From positions 7,008,001 to 7,072,000 of the forward strand of contig JASGJH010000001.1 in NCBI GenBank assembly GCA_047601445.1: DNA of 64,000 nt, in the 5' to 3' direction. Below are positions 40,220 to 50,814 of the stretch, piece by piece. The position numbers and the translations under genes are program-made. How positions within the stretch are numbered: the first letter of the stretch is position 1; each line of letters starts with the position of its first letter. The stretch is from Myxococcales bacterium. GTDB lineage: Bacteria; Myxococcota_A; Polyangia; Polyangiales; DASUME01. The notes below the pieces were generated by a model. The model had not been told where the DNA came from, did not search any database, and was given only the letters and a program-made list of their open reading frames with translations.

Positions 40220-40804
40220 TCATTGCGCGAGCGTAGGACAAGACGCCTTCAGCGCGGCCTGCAGCGAACACCAGCAGGTGCAGCTGCCGGGGCCGTAGCA
40301 GGGGTCGAGTCCGGTGTTGGCCGGGCAGGGTAGGCACTCGGGACGCTCGCCCAGGGCCGCAAGGTCCTGCTGGTCGTGGTAGCTGCAGGATGCGCAGGTG
40401 GGGCATGCGCCATCGCAGCCCACGGGCGCGCTGCTCGAGCGCACGTTGTACCAGTCGACGTTCGCTGCGGACGCGCTCAAGTAGGAGGGCTTGCCCGCGA
40501 CGTCATCGCGGCAGACAGCGCAGCCCGGATCGAGCGGCCCACGACAGCCTTGCAACGAAGGGGCCTTCCCCGCGCTCGAGGCGTCGGGCCCACCCGCGTC
40601 CGAGATCAGACCTGCGTCCGCGAGAGGTTCCTCGAGCGGCGGCTCGGAGGCACCGTCCTGGACCGAGATGGCTGCGTCGAGGTAGCCGGCGTCGTCGTGG
40701 GAGAGCGGAGAGTCGTCGCGGGCCTGGCCGGACGTTGCGTCTTCGGCGGAGCACGCGCACAGCCCGACCATGAACGCCAGTGACAGGAGCAGCGGGCCAG
40801 GCAT
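40220..40804 (-). CDS. Cys-rich lipoprotein
   Basis: GLCA-C lipobox, DAG linker, Cys-dense C-terminus. Confidence 0.7.
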   Translation of the reverse strand: MPGPLLLSLAFMVGLCACSAEDATSGQARDDSPLSHDDAGYLDAAISVQDGASEPPLEEPLADAGLISDAGGPDASSAGKAPSLQGCRGPLDPGCAVCRDDVAGKPSYLSASAANVDWYNVRSSSAPVGCDGACPTCASCSYHDQQDLAALGERPECLPCPANTGLDPCYGPGSCTCWCSLQAALKASCPTLAQ

Positions 40805-41287
40805 GTCTGTCCCATACACCCATCGTCTGCCCGAAAGGAAGCTTGCCGGGAGCTCTTCACCCGGGCTCGGTGTGCGTGAACTCGCGGCGATCCTGGTGAT
40901 CCCGAGACCCTTGACCGCGAAGCGGTAGCGCCCGCGACCGCCGCTCGGGCCGTGGCGCGGCTCACTGCGCGTGTCCAAAAACACCCCGAATTGACGTCTC
41001 GCCAGGGCCCGCAGGGAGTCTTGCGGCGCTGCGCGTGCGACATCTCTCCGGCTCGTACAAAAATCTCGCCCAGGCGTTCTTCAGCGTCGGCCAGCGCGCA
41101 TCTCGCGCTTCGAACTGCCAAAACGAACTAGTGTGCGTGCGCTCGCCCTCGCCGAGTTGCGTCAGTCGTCGCGATGCGGACATCCATGCGAGAGGTGCGA
41201 CCCTTCCCGCTTCGTGCACACGCTGCCACGGCGTGATGTAAACAAATCTTCGGTTAGCGCGGTTAATCCGCTTAGACTTGCTGCGCC

Positions 41288-43105
41288 GTGCTGGTGTTTG
41301 CGGAGTTCGTCCTCGATCCGAAGTTGTTTCAACTGCGTCTGCGGGGGGAGGTCGTCGCCCTCGAGCCCAAAGTGTTCGATGTGCTGCACTACCTGGTCAG
41401 CCACGCCGATCGAGTGGTGACGCGCCCGGAGCTGATGGCGGCCTTGTGGCCGAACGAGGTGGTCACCGAGGCCGTGCTGCACACCAACGTGAACCTGCTG
41501 CGCAAGGCGCTGGGACAGAAACGCGGTGACCGCTCGCCCATCGAGACGGTTCATGGACGTGGCTATCGGTTTGCCCTAAGCGTGAGCGTCCAGCCCGAGC
41601 GCGCGACTTCGTCCACGGGGTTGCGCTCCATCGCGCCGCTGCTGTCGAGGTCTGCGCCGCCGTCGCGCGAGGGCTCGCAGGAGGAGCTTCAGCTGGCCGA
41701 GCTCGATGCCACGTTCGTGGGACGCACCGCGCAGGTCGAGCGTTTGCTCGCGAGTTTGCGCGCTGCGCGTCGTGGGCAAGGTCAGATCTGCCTGCTGATC
41801 GGGGAAGCCGGCATCGGCAAGACACGTCTGGCTGCTCAGGCTGCGGCGATGGCGCGCGTCCTCGAGGCTGACGTATGGAGCGGTGTGTGCGCCGAGGGCA
41901 TGGGCACGCCCACGTTGTGGATCTGGCAGCAGGTCCTGCGCTGGGTCCTTCATGCCGAGGGACCCGAGGCGGTACGCCAGTGGTTGGGGCCGAGTCGGGG
42001 CGAGGTGGGCACATGGCTGCCGGAACTCGCCGAAGCAGAGGACCGGAGGGAGAGCGTGCGCGGTCAGGAGCAGGCCACCTTCCGCATGCTCGATGCGGTG
42101 CGCAACGTGTTGAGCCAGGCGAGTGCGAAGCGCATGCGCGTGCTGGTGCTGGAGGACATGCACCGCGCGGATCGGGCTTCCTGGAACCTGTTGCGCTTGC
42201 TCGCGCCTCAGCTCGAGCAGTGGTCGGTGCTCGTGATCGCCACCGTACGTGGGCGAGACGACATCACCATGTTCGAGCCGGTGCAAAAGCACATCGGGGA
42301 GCTCGCGCGCATCCCGTGCTGCCAGGCGCTCTACCTGCGCGGCTTCAATGCCGCCGAGAGTAGGGAGTTCCTGGCGCGTGCATCGGGGCAGCCCGTGGGT
42401 GAAGCGGAAGCCGCCCTCTTGCACGCCAAGTCGGAGGGCAACCCACTCTTTCTGCGCGAGCTGTGGGACAGCCTGGGCGACGCGCCGCTGGACCTCATGG
42501 CGCTGGCGAACGCGCCCGGATTCGAGCCCCCCGACGTCGTGCGGCACCTACTGCGAAGGCGCGTGACTCGGCTCGGCGAAGCCGTGCACCGCGTGCTCGA
42601 GGCAGCGGCGGTGTATCCCCATGCCTGGGAGGTGCGTGCGCTCTCTCAGGTCGCGGGCGTACCGCGAGAGCAGGTGCTGAGTGCCGTGGATGCCGCGATG
42701 CAACAGCGCCTGGTAACCCCGCTGCCCGGCGTGGAGACCTATCGGTTCACGCACGATCTCGTCCGCGATACCCTGCGCGCCGATCTCACCACTCAGGCCA
42801 AGAAGCGCTTTCACTTGCTGGCGGCCGCGGCCTGCGAGGAGGACCTACAGTGGCGTGGTCGGGACGGAGTGCGCGAGCTCTCGCATCACCTGTATCAGGC
42901 GCTGCCAGAGGGCAGCGGTGAGCACGCTGCGCGCTGGCTGTTGCGCGCCGGAAAGCTCGCCGAGCAAGCGGACGATCTCCAGGAGGCCACCCAGCTCTAC
43001 GGCATGGCGCGCGACGCGGTGCGCTGTGCCGGGCAACTCGACGGGGCGCTCCAGCGGGAGTTGGAGCAGGCCCTCGAGCGCACCGCTGCCGAGCCTGTGG
43101 GGTAG
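41288..43105 (+). CDS. Winged-helix (OmpR/CadC-type) + AAA ATPase (STAND) transcriptional regulator
   Basis: LEPKVFDVL..L...DRVVTR.EL...IETVHGRGYRF; GEAGIGKT; LEDMHRAD; SEGNPLFLRE; YRFTHDLVRD. Confidence 0.9.
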   Translation: MLVFAEFVLDPKLFQLRLRGEVVALEPKVFDVLHYLVSHADRVVTRPELMAALWPNEVVTEAVLHTNVNLLRKALGQKRGDRSPIETVHGRGYRFALSVSVQPERATSSTGLRSIAPLLSRSAPPSREGSQEELQLAELDATFVGRTAQVERLLASLRAARRGQGQICLLIGEAGIGKTRLAAQAAAMARVLEADVWSGVCAEGMGTPTLWIWQQVLRWVLHAEGPEAVRQWLGPSRGEVGTWLPELAEAEDRRESVRGQEQATFRMLDAVRNVLSQASAKRMRVLVLEDMHRADRASWNLLRLLAPQLEQWSVLVIATVRGRDDITMFEPVQKHIGELARIPCCQALYLRGFNAAESREFLARASGQPVGEAEAALLHAKSEGNPLFLRELWDSLGDAPLDLMALANAPGFEPPDVVRHLLRRRVTRLGEAVHRVLEAAAVYPHAWEVRALSQVAGVPREQVLSAVDAAMQQRLVTPLPGVETYRFTHDLVRDTLRADLTTQAKKRFHLLAAAACEEDLQWRGRDGVRELSHHLYQALPEGSGEHAARWLLRAGKLAEQADDLQEATQLYGMARDAVRCAGQLDGALQRELEQALERTAAEPVG

Positions 43106-43177
43106 ACTGAGGGTAGGCCTTCCTGAAGTTCGCAAGCCATTGGGCGCGGGGATCGTGGCGCAGTTCGTCGGCAACAT

Positions 43178-43385
43178 GCTCGTTGACTTCGACGCGGTCG
43201 GAGACGTGGACATTGACCGCGACGGCGGCGGTGTGCGTGGCCGCGCTCGCATCAGGCGCTACAGGTGAGTCATATCGGCACATGAACTTCAGCGATTGCC
43301 TGGAAAGTCAGAGTCTTCCGCTCACGCACGCCGTTGCCGATGGCGGTCAATGTCCAGGTCGCCGACCAAGCCGAGGTCAACGAGC
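43178..43385. repeat. Long imperfect inverted repeat (about 62-bp arms; REP/MITE-like) between convergent genes
   Basis: Arm 43178-43239 matches the reverse complement of 43323-43385 at about 80% of positions (shared GCTCGTTGAC and TGGACATTGACCGC). Confidence 0.8.
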
Positions 43386-43459
43386 GGGTTCCACCGAACC
43401 TCGCGCCCTGAACCCCCTCTCGTGCGGTGATGCCGAGAGGGAGCCCACTGCGCCATGCG

Positions 43460-46117
43460 TCACGGCAAGGTACCGCACTGCACGGCACCCTCGCGGAGTG
43501 AGTGGCCGTCCGTGTCGGAGTCGTCGGCCCAGAAGAAGGGCTTGGTCCCCGCCTGACACTCGGCTTCGCTGGCGATGGCGATGCCTTCGTTGGCCAGGTT
43601 GGTCATCCCCGCGGGCCTCTCGTAGGCCGCGCGCAGCGTGAACTTACCGTAGTCAGGGGAGCTCGCCCCTTCTTCCACCCGCAGGATGGTGGCACGGTTG
43701 CCGCAAGCGTCGTCGCAGTAGGACCAGAGTTGGCCCACTTCACGATCGAAGCTCAAGTCGATGCTCATGGGTTGGCCGCTCGCCATGCTAGCCACACGTT
43801 GGAAGGATCCGCTCACGTGGTCGAGCACGTAGGCGTAGAGGGTGCCCACACTCTCGAGGCCCACCAGGAACACGCCGCCCGCGTGATCAGGGTAGAACGC
43901 CGGATCGTAGGCTGCGCCGCGGCTCTCGTCGCGGAAGCCGTGCGCCACGAGGTACGCGTCTGGCACCCACGCGATGGCCTCCGCGCCTGTGTTGGCGCCC
44001 GAAGGCGGCAGGTCCGCGGTGAGATTCCATTCGTGGGTGGCCGTGAGGATGGTCGCGCTTCCCTCGGTGTCGAACCGCAGGACGCTGATGCGGCTCACGT
44101 CCTTGTTGTCGTTGTCACGCTCGGTCACCACGTAGACTGCGGAGGAAGCCCAGTCTGCTCGCGTCATGCCTTCGGCATCCGGTGAGCCTGCGCCGTTCGG
44201 GTAGACGAGGGTCTTTCCGCCGCCCCAGCCGTCGCTCGGATCGGGACTCCAGCCGGCGCCATCGGACTGCAGTTTCCACAGGACGGAGGGGCCATTCTGC
44301 ACACCCCACAGCGCGCCGGATTGGTTGCCGTTGGCTGGTTCGTAGGAGAGGCCGCTCAGGTTACTCGCGAAGGTCGTGTCGGGGTCCACCACCGCCGTGC
44401 TGCCGGCACCGGCCCAGGGCGAAAATGCGGGGCCCACAGCGCAGTCGTTGGCGCTGCCCTTGGTTGCGCTGGCGGTCGAGCCGAAGCTCCCCGTGCCATC
44501 CGGACAACGCCCGTAGGTGATCGCGGCGTGGCTGGTCCAGGCATAGGTATCGACGAGCCCGCCGCTCGGCGTGAACACGCGCGCCGCATCGGCCGAGCCG
44601 AGACCGAAGCCGAGCTGCGCTTCGTCCACCACCAGGAACGCGCCAGGTTGCAGCACCGCGCCGCTGTTGAGGGCGTAGGTATGGGTGTCGTCATTGTCCC
44701 TGACGATCCAGCCCGAGAGATCGACGGCCCGTTGTCCGGGGTTGTACAGCTCGATCCAGTCGCCGGGCGAGCCGTTGTTGGACTCCACCTCGTTGACGAC
44801 CACCCTGCAATCTGCAGCCGCGGCGGTGCAGGGCGGAGGCGGCGTGCAGTCGTTGGGACCCGACTTGGTGGAGCTCGTGGCGTTGCGGAAGTCCCCTGCA
44901 CCATTCGGGCAGCGCGCGTACGTAACGCCTGCGTGGGCCGTCCAACTATAGCTGTCGACCTCGTCACCCGTGGCATCGTACAGGCGTGCCGAGTCGGCAC
45001 CGCCCAGGCCGAAACCGAGCGCGCTTTCGTCTACGCTGAGGTAGGCATCGGGAGCGAGCACGCTGCCTTGGGGGAGCGCGTAGGCGTGGCTGTCGTCGTT
45101 GTCCTTGAGCACCCAGCCCGAGACGTCGACGGGTCGATCCCCGGCGTTATAGAGCTCGATCCAATCGCCAGGCACCCCGCCGCTGGATTCGACCTCGTTG
45201 ATGAGCACCTGTGCCTCCGAACCGCAGGTCAAGGTGTTGCCTGGCGCGCAGACGCCCGCACCACAGACATCGCCCGCGCTGCACGGGTCACCGTCGTCGC
45301 AGGCGTCGCCGTCGTCCAAGGTCTGGTAAAGGCAGCGCGCATCCTCGTCGCACAGATCGAGGGTGCAGCCATTGCCGTCGTCGCAGAGCGTCGCGTTGCA
45401 GCGACGTACCTCGAGCTCCAGAACCGGAGGCTGGGCGGCTTCCCGCGACTGGAACACGCCGCCGTAGTCGCCGAGCAAGCTGCTGAGCAAGAGCCAGCCT
45501 TCGTTCGCGACCTCACCTGTGAGCATGCGCTGCACGTCGCGGGTGACGTCGAGCTCCACGCTGCCGCGGTCTCCGCGCATCAGAAATGCCAACGCGCTGG
45601 GAAACGGCGTCCAGGGGTTCGGCGGTGAAAAGCCCATCGACCAGGCGGTCTCGCCGCTGCAGTCGGGAGCGCGATTGGATGCGTCGCCGTCCACGGCGCA
45701 GCTGAAGGTGGCCCCGAGCTCCGTCCAGGTCTGCGTCATGCGGTAGACCCCGAGCAGCGAGAAGAACGGCTGGCCCGAGGCAGGCGGCGTGAGGCGCAGC
45801 TTGGCCGACAGGACTTGATCACTCTCGCCCACCGCGGCCTTCAGGGCCGCGTTATCGAAGGCGACCAGCGCGCGCCCGTGGTCGAGCAGCGGACTCGTGC
45901 CCTCGTTCCGATCGGGGGCTCGCTGGTTTATCGACGTGTCCCGGGTCGCGACGAGGTCCACCAATTCGGGTGCTGGCACGCTCGCCAGGGCGGCTGCCGT
46001 ATCGGGGAGGCTGACCACCTCGTCGGATGGGGCTTCTGGATCGGCCGCGCACGCACTCAGCGCTGCGCCCAAGGAGAGCAAGGAGACTCGCACCGTTCGC
46101 ACCGTGTTACTGCGCAT
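43460..46117 (-). CDS. Lipoprotein: DNRLRE/CBM96-like domain, Cys repeats, two lamin-tail domains and a phytase-like beta-propeller
   Basis: LSA-C lipobox; DTSI...FD...SAKLRL...W.E...S.E...P.L; two (I/V)NEVES...DWIELYN; NLSGL, DAEG, GAEAIAW, NEGIA. Confidence 0.82.
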   Translation of the reverse strand: MRSNTVRTVRVSLLSLGAALSACAADPEAPSDEVVSLPDTAAALASVPAPELVDLVATRDTSINQRAPDRNEGTSPLLDHGRALVAFDNAALKAAVGESDQVLSAKLRLTPPASGQPFFSLLGVYRMTQTWTELGATFSCAVDGDASNRAPDCSGETAWSMGFSPPNPWTPFPSALAFLMRGDRGSVELDVTRDVQRMLTGEVANEGWLLLSSLLGDYGGVFQSREAAQPPVLELEVRRCNATLCDDGNGCTLDLCDEDARCLYQTLDDGDACDDGDPCSAGDVCGAGVCAPGNTLTCGSEAQVLINEVESSGGVPGDWIELYNAGDRPVDVSGWVLKDNDDSHAYALPQGSVLAPDAYLSVDESALGFGLGGADSARLYDATGDEVDSYSWTAHAGVTYARCPNGAGDFRNATSSTKSGPNDCTPPPPCTAAAADCRVVVNEVESNNGSPGDWIELYNPGQRAVDLSGWIVRDNDDTHTYALNSGAVLQPGAFLVVDEAQLGFGLGSADAARVFTPSGGLVDTYAWTSHAAITYGRCPDGTGSFGSTASATKGSANDCAVGPAFSPWAGAGSTAVVDPDTTFASNLSGLSYEPANGNQSGALWGVQNGPSVLWKLQSDGAGWSPDPSDGWGGGKTLVYPNGAGSPDAEGMTRADWASSAVYVVTERDNDNKDVSRISVLRFDTEGSATILTATHEWNLTADLPPSGANTGAEAIAWVPDAYLVAHGFRDESRGAAYDPAFYPDHAGGVFLVGLESVGTLYAYVLDHVSGSFQRVASMASGQPMSIDLSFDREVGQLWSYCDDACGNRATILRVEEGASSPDYGKFTLRAAYERPAGMTNLANEGIAIASEAECQAGTKPFFWADDSDTDGHSLREGAVQCGTLP

Positions 46118-46195
46118 GGTTCCCATCGTTTCGTTGGAGGGTGGTGTTCGAGGCACGGGAGCGTGGCGCGCACGGCCTGTGCCGCGCGCACCCCC

Positions 46196-47344
46196 TTACC
46201 GGGAGAAGCTGGTGAAGTTCAGAGGGGAGAGGGCGTTCTCGCTCGTCGTGTAGTAGCCAGTGGGTCCGAACGCGACGGACTCTCCCTTGTCTTCCACGGC
46301 GAGCTCCGCGTCGCAGGGCGTCACCGTGTCGAGCGTGTCGGCCACCGACATGCCCGGCGGGCGTGTCCAGTGCGTGGCCGAGTGCAAGCTGCGCACGATG
46401 ATGCGGGAGCCGTCCGCGGACATGTCGGCCGCGGTGATGGCCAAGTCGATGCCGATGCCGCCGTAGACCGTGGTGACCAACTCCAGCGTTCGCAGCGTGG
46501 CGGGCTTGTGGGGCGCGCTCAAGCGATACACCGTGTTGGGTCTGCTGAAGCCGTCCTTGGTGATGACGTAGATATCCTGGTTGGTGTCAACCATCACCGC
46601 CTCGGCGTTGAAGCGACCCGAGGGATACTGCATCGGGAAGTTCTCCACGCCGGTCAGCGGTGCGTTCACGAAGCTCTGGTCCTTGTCGACCACGGGTTCG
46701 GGCGCGCGGTACACGGTGACGCTGTTGCGTGTGCCCGAGTTGTCTCCGATGTCGCCGATGTAGAGGTAGGACTCGCCGGCCATGGGCCCCGGGCCCACCG
46801 CGACGTCTTCGATGTCGACGCCGCCGCCCGTAAAGCTGTAGGTCCCGATCAGGTCTCCGTGTGCGTTGATGGCGTTGACCACGGAGCCGTTGCCGCTGTC
46901 CTCGATTACCCAGAACACGCCGCTGTTCTTCCGGCTTACGGCCATGCCGGACACCTCGGCCAGCGAAGGCGCCGTCAGGTTGCAGATTTTCACCGGGGCC
47001 GCGAAGCCACACTTGGTGAGGTTCGTGGGGTGCTTGGGAATGGGCAGGCTGGGGCCTGCGTCGGCCGCGCTCGCATCGGGAGTCTCGGCATCTTTGGCGG
47101 TGCCGCCGTCGTCATCCTCCGGCCCATCGCCAGCATCGAGCATCGAGTCGGCGTCGTCGTCGCCGGGCTGATCCATGGCGCCATCGGGAGCGGTGACATG
47201 GTCGCCATCTCCCGCGTCGCGCGCGCCACCGAGGTGTCCATCGGCCTCGTGCAACGGAGGTTCGAAGGTCGTGCACGCCGCGACGAGAAACGGCGCGAGG
47301 GTCCGCGTCCAGCGCGACGGATCAGCGCAGCGAAGAGACGACAT
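46196..47344 (-). CDS. Lipoprotein with phytase/SdiA-regulated-like beta-propeller
   Basis: VAA-C lipobox; EVSGMAVS, EDSGN, DIEDVAVG, LYIGDIGDN, NAEAV, ITAADMS, GESVAF. Confidence 0.78.
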   Translation of the reverse strand: MSSLRCADPSRWTRTLAPFLVAACTTFEPPLHEADGHLGGARDAGDGDHVTAPDGAMDQPGDDDADSMLDAGDGPEDDDGGTAKDAETPDASAADAGPSLPIPKHPTNLTKCGFAAPVKICNLTAPSLAEVSGMAVSRKNSGVFWVIEDSGNGSVVNAINAHGDLIGTYSFTGGGVDIEDVAVGPGPMAGESYLYIGDIGDNSGTRNSVTVYRAPEPVVDKDQSFVNAPLTGVENFPMQYPSGRFNAEAVMVDTNQDIYVITKDGFSRPNTVYRLSAPHKPATLRTLELVTTVYGGIGIDLAITAADMSADGSRIIVRSLHSATHWTRPPGMSVADTLDTVTPCDAELAVEDKGESVAFGPTGYYTTSENALSPLNFTSFSR

Positions 47345-48119
47345 TGGACTCACCGGCCGTGGGGTTGGTGGGGCACAGAGCGTTCGAACCGTCCGGGATG
47401 CGACCGAGGGCCTCGCCGCCGTAGACACCGTTGTAAGTCACTGCGCAGATCACCTCGAGCTTGTCGTTGAGCAAGTAGATGCGCTCTCCGCCCGCCGAGA
47501 CGCCCCACTCGGCGTGCAGACACGGCGAGGGCGTGCCCGGGATGCAGTTCTGGTACAACAGGCCCGGGTTGGGCTCGGCCTCGGGCGGCAGGTTCGCCCA
47601 CAGATAGAGGAAGCGCTTCGGGTCGAGCACCGTGCCAGCAGGGATCACCGCACCTTCGGCCACGGCCGGCGCACCCGCGCTGTCGTCGGCGATCACGTAG
47701 CCCGAGATGTTCACGGGACTGTCGCCGCGGTTGTAGATCTCGACGAAGTCTTCACCTGATCCGTCGATCTCGTTGATCACGATGTCGGAGTTGGCGCACT
47801 CGTCCATCAAATCGATCATGAGCTGGCAGCTCTTTTCGCCTGCGTCGGGCGCCGGAGTGCTGGCGTCCGTGCCGGCGTCAGGGCTCGACGAAGAAGCGGC
47901 ATCCGATGAGGACGCGTCGGAGGCCGCGTCTTCGCCGGCGTCGCTCTTGACGAGTGGTGGGTTGCCCGCGTCGTCTCCCTGCTGGTGCGAGCCGGAGTCC
48001 GAAGCCTGCAGTGGGCCCTCGCTCTGGATGGGCTCTTCGAACACCGAACACCCGAGGGTGCCGGCACCGAAGACGGTCAACAGGAACAGGCGGGATGGAA
48101 GGGGACGCGACGAGCGCAC
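47322..48119 (-). CDS. Lamin-tail-domain lipoprotein
   Basis: TLG-C lipobox; VINEI...DFVEIYN...ISGY.I.D; GRIPDG; PTAG. Confidence 0.85.
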   Translation of the reverse strand: MRSSRPLPSRLFLLTVFGAGTLGCSVFEEPIQSEGPLQASDSGSHQQGDDAGNPPLVKSDAGEDAASDASSSDAASSSSPDAGTDASTPAPDAGEKSCQLMIDLMDECANSDIVINEIDGSGEDFVEIYNRGDSPVNISGYVIADDSAGAPAVAEGAVIPAGTVLDPKRFLYLWANLPPEAEPNPGLLYQNCIPGTPSPCLHAEWGVSAGGERIYLLNDKLEVICAVTYNGVYGGEALGRIPDGSNALCPTNPTAGESNVVSSLR

Positions 48120-48120
48120 G

Positions 48121-49761
48121 TTATTCTCCGAGCAAATAGGGATTTTTGTCGAGGGCAGGCTGAGCGCGCGGACTCGGTCGCGGCGCGCTCTCTGGCGCGA
48201 CCACGGGCGCCTGAGCCGCAGCTGGTGGTTCGGGCGCAGGGGTGGCGATCACAGGAGACGCCTTGCGTGGTCTCGGAGGCAGTGCTCTGGGCGAGCGCCG
48301 TGCGGTGCCTGGTTCATCGTCGACGCTCGAGGCGTGCGCGATAGGTTCGGGCGGCGAGGTGCGAGCCTCGTGGCGCCCGCCATCGACGCTTGAAGGCGAC
48401 GTCAGCGGATGCGGTGCGTCGGCCTCGCTCGCTTGGTGTTCGGTGACCACCACGGCGGGCTGCCCGAAGCTCGAGCCAGACGCGCCCTGGGCCATGGCCT
48501 GAGGTGCCGGCTCGCGGGACGTCACCGCGAGCAATGCACCCGCGGCGAGCGCCGTTGCGACCAGCGCGGCCTGCAGGACGGTGCGCGACTCCTTGGCGAA
48601 GGCGACCACCCCGGAGGAGCGTCCGGCAAACCAGCTATTTTCCGTGGTGATCCGTGGGCTCGAGGTGCTGCCGGTGTTGCCGGACTCACCGTGGAACCAC
48701 AGCTTGGGCAGGGACGAGGAGGGTGAGGTTCCGATCAAGCTGCGCTCGGCCTCGGTGACGGTGAGGTCGTCGCTCTTGGGGATATCGAGCAACCTACGGC
48801 GCCGCGCGGCGAGTTCTCCACCGCAGGTGGCCTTGACCCAGGTTGCCACGTCGCCTGGCGAGCCCAACAGTCCCTCGCGCAACGCCACGTCGCGCAGTGC
48901 GTCCGCGAAGGCCTCTGCCGACGCCCAGCGCTCGGCAGGGTCGCGCTGCAACGAGCGCATGATCACCTCGTCCAGCGCCGCCGGTGGCTTGAGGCCCACG
49001 CTGCTCGGGAGCGGGATCTCCGCTCCCAGCAGCGCGTGAACGGTGGCGGCGTCGTTCTCGCCGCGGAACGGGTGCACCCCGGTGAGCGCTGCGTAGAGGG
49101 TCACGCCTGCAGCCCACACATCGACACGCGCATCGACCTGGTCGGGCCCCCGCAGTTGTTCGGGTGACATGAACGCGAGCTTGCCCTTGTGGATGCCCAC
49201 GTCGGTGTCGGTAAAGCGCTGGCGCGCCTTGGCGATGCCGAAGTCGGTCACCCGGCACGCGCCGTCCAGCCCGAGCAGCAGATTGTGGGGCGAGATATCG
49301 CGGTGTACCACGTGCAAGACCTCGTCGTTCACGCCACGCAACGTGTGCACCGCGTGCAGGCCGCGCAGCGCGTCCAGCATGATGGAGACGATGGCCTTTA
49401 CGGGACGCTCGAGCGGACTCGCCTTGATCAGCTGTTGCAGCGAGCAGCCCTCGACGTAGTCCATTACCAGGTAGTACCCGTCGGCGAAGGTGCCGATGTC
49501 CATCACGGGTACGACGTTGGGGTGGTGCAATCGGGAGGCGATGTGGGCCTCGTCGAGCAGCATCATGACCGCGTTATGGTCGTCGTTGAGCTGCTGGTGC
49601 ATGACCTTGATCGCGAAGTAGCGCTCGAAGCCAGCCTGGCCCGTGCGGCGCGCCAGGTAGACCCGCCCCATGCCGCCACGCGCCAGCTCCGCCAGGATGC
49701 GATAGTCGCCGAGCAGGCGTTCCCTCTTCGTTCCCAAGTCGTCTTGACGTCGCTTCGACAT
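48121..49761 (-). CDS. Transmembrane Ser/Thr protein kinase
   Basis: AGGAG RBS before ATG 49761; LARGGMGRVY, AIK, HRDISPHN, DFG, SPE; TM; Pro-rich tail ending KNPYLLGE. Confidence 0.93.
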   Translation of the reverse strand: MSKRRQDDLGTKRERLLGDYRILAELARGGMGRVYLARRTGQAGFERYFAIKVMHQQLNDDHNAVMMLLDEAHIASRLHHPNVVPVMDIGTFADGYYLVMDYVEGCSLQQLIKASPLERPVKAIVSIMLDALRGLHAVHTLRGVNDEVLHVVHRDISPHNLLLGLDGACRVTDFGIAKARQRFTDTDVGIHKGKLAFMSPEQLRGPDQVDARVDVWAAGVTLYAALTGVHPFRGENDAATVHALLGAEIPLPSSVGLKPPAALDEVIMRSLQRDPAERWASAEAFADALRDVALREGLLGSPGDVATWVKATCGGELAARRRRLLDIPKSDDLTVTEAERSLIGTSPSSSLPKLWFHGESGNTGSTSSPRITTENSWFAGRSSGVVAFAKESRTVLQAALVATALAAGALLAVTSREPAPQAMAQGASGSSFGQPAVVVTEHQASEADAPHPLTSPSSVDGGRHEARTSPPEPIAHASSVDDEPGTARRSPRALPPRPRKASPVIATPAPEPPAAAQAPVVAPESAPRPSPRAQPALDKNPYLLGE

Positions 49762-49778
49762 CGTGTGAACTCCTGTGA

Positions 49779-50790
49779 TTAGAACGAGCGAGACCAACCG
49801 AGCAGCGCCCCGCGCTGCACGGGTCCCAGCGAGAATCGCTCTCTTGGGAGGTGCGTGGCTGCGGTCGTCTTGCTGCTTGCGGCGACCGTAATCGGTGAAG
49901 AACGCGAGCGTGGCAGTGGCGACCGCGAGGCCTGCCGTGACCCCGATCAGGGCATCGGTGCGCTTCTCCAGCGAGCGTCCGTTCTCGTAGTCCGCAGCCG
50001 CGGTGGGCGACTTGCGGTCGTAGTCCGCATGGGCGCTCTTCACGTCCAGACCTGACCACACAGTGAGCCCTGCAGCAGCCATCGTGAGCACGGCGGCCGA
50101 ACCCAGGTACCAGGCAGACAGCCGCTTGCGCTCGGGCACGCTCTGGGCGGGCGCGGTCTGTTCCGTCGACGTCGCGTCGGCGACCGCGCTTGGAGCCTCG
50201 AACGAGACCTCGGCCGTGACACCCGCCGCCAATGGCAAGTACTGCGCCGGCGCGTTGCCACCCTCGAAGGTCGCAGAAACATCGCGCGTCCCTGGTCGCG
50301 CGAACAGGATATGCTCCGATGACTGTCGTGACGCCGTCATGCGGCCGTCGATCAGCACGCGACAGTTCTGGCTGCAGCGCACGTGAAGCCGCGCGAGCTC
50401 GCCCTCGTTGGTCCGAAGGATCTCCTCGGCGAGGGTGCGCGAGTTCGGGTCGCCCGGCGCTCGCTCGAGCAGAGCCGCCGCGTGCGTGGCGGCCGTCGCA
50501 TTCATGCCGCCTTTTTGCGCGCTGCGCGCGGCACCGCGCAGCGCCTCGGTGGCCGGCGCAAGCTCGTCCGCCAGGGCGTAAAAGCTGGCCGCTTCCTGGA
50601 AGTCCCCACGTAGCTCGGCTTGTTGAGCCTTGCCGAAGGCCTCGGCGGCGCGGGCCACGTCGCGGGTCTGCGCCACGGCGCGCGCGCCGAGCGCACAATA
50701 GGCGAGGGCACACGAGAGCGCCAGGGTTCTTAGCCAGAGGTGGCCAGGGCCGAGTCGGCGATGCGAGGTCATCGAGAAGTCCTTTTGCAT
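49779..50790 (-). CDS. Secreted TPR + PEGA-like protein; net +1 frameshift near 49880-49830 displaces the native C-terminus
   Basis: AAEAFGKAQQAE..GDFQEAA; C...CRVLIDG; hydrophobic hairpin. The alternative frame gives ...FSLGPVQRGALLGWSRSF then TAA at 49781-49779. Confidence 0.8.
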
Positions 50791-50814
50791 GGGTCCATCG
50801 TGCGAACGCGGTCT

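Noticed and set aside
40805..41287. Long intergenic region as ncRNA or riboswitch
   Set aside because: No recognisable conserved motif or convincing structure by eye; an Infernal/Rfam search would be needed.
48121..50790. 889-aa TPR-PEGA-kinase fusion ORF
   Set aside because: The native TPR-PEGA C-terminus and stop are in another frame, and the kinase has its own RBS and ATG.
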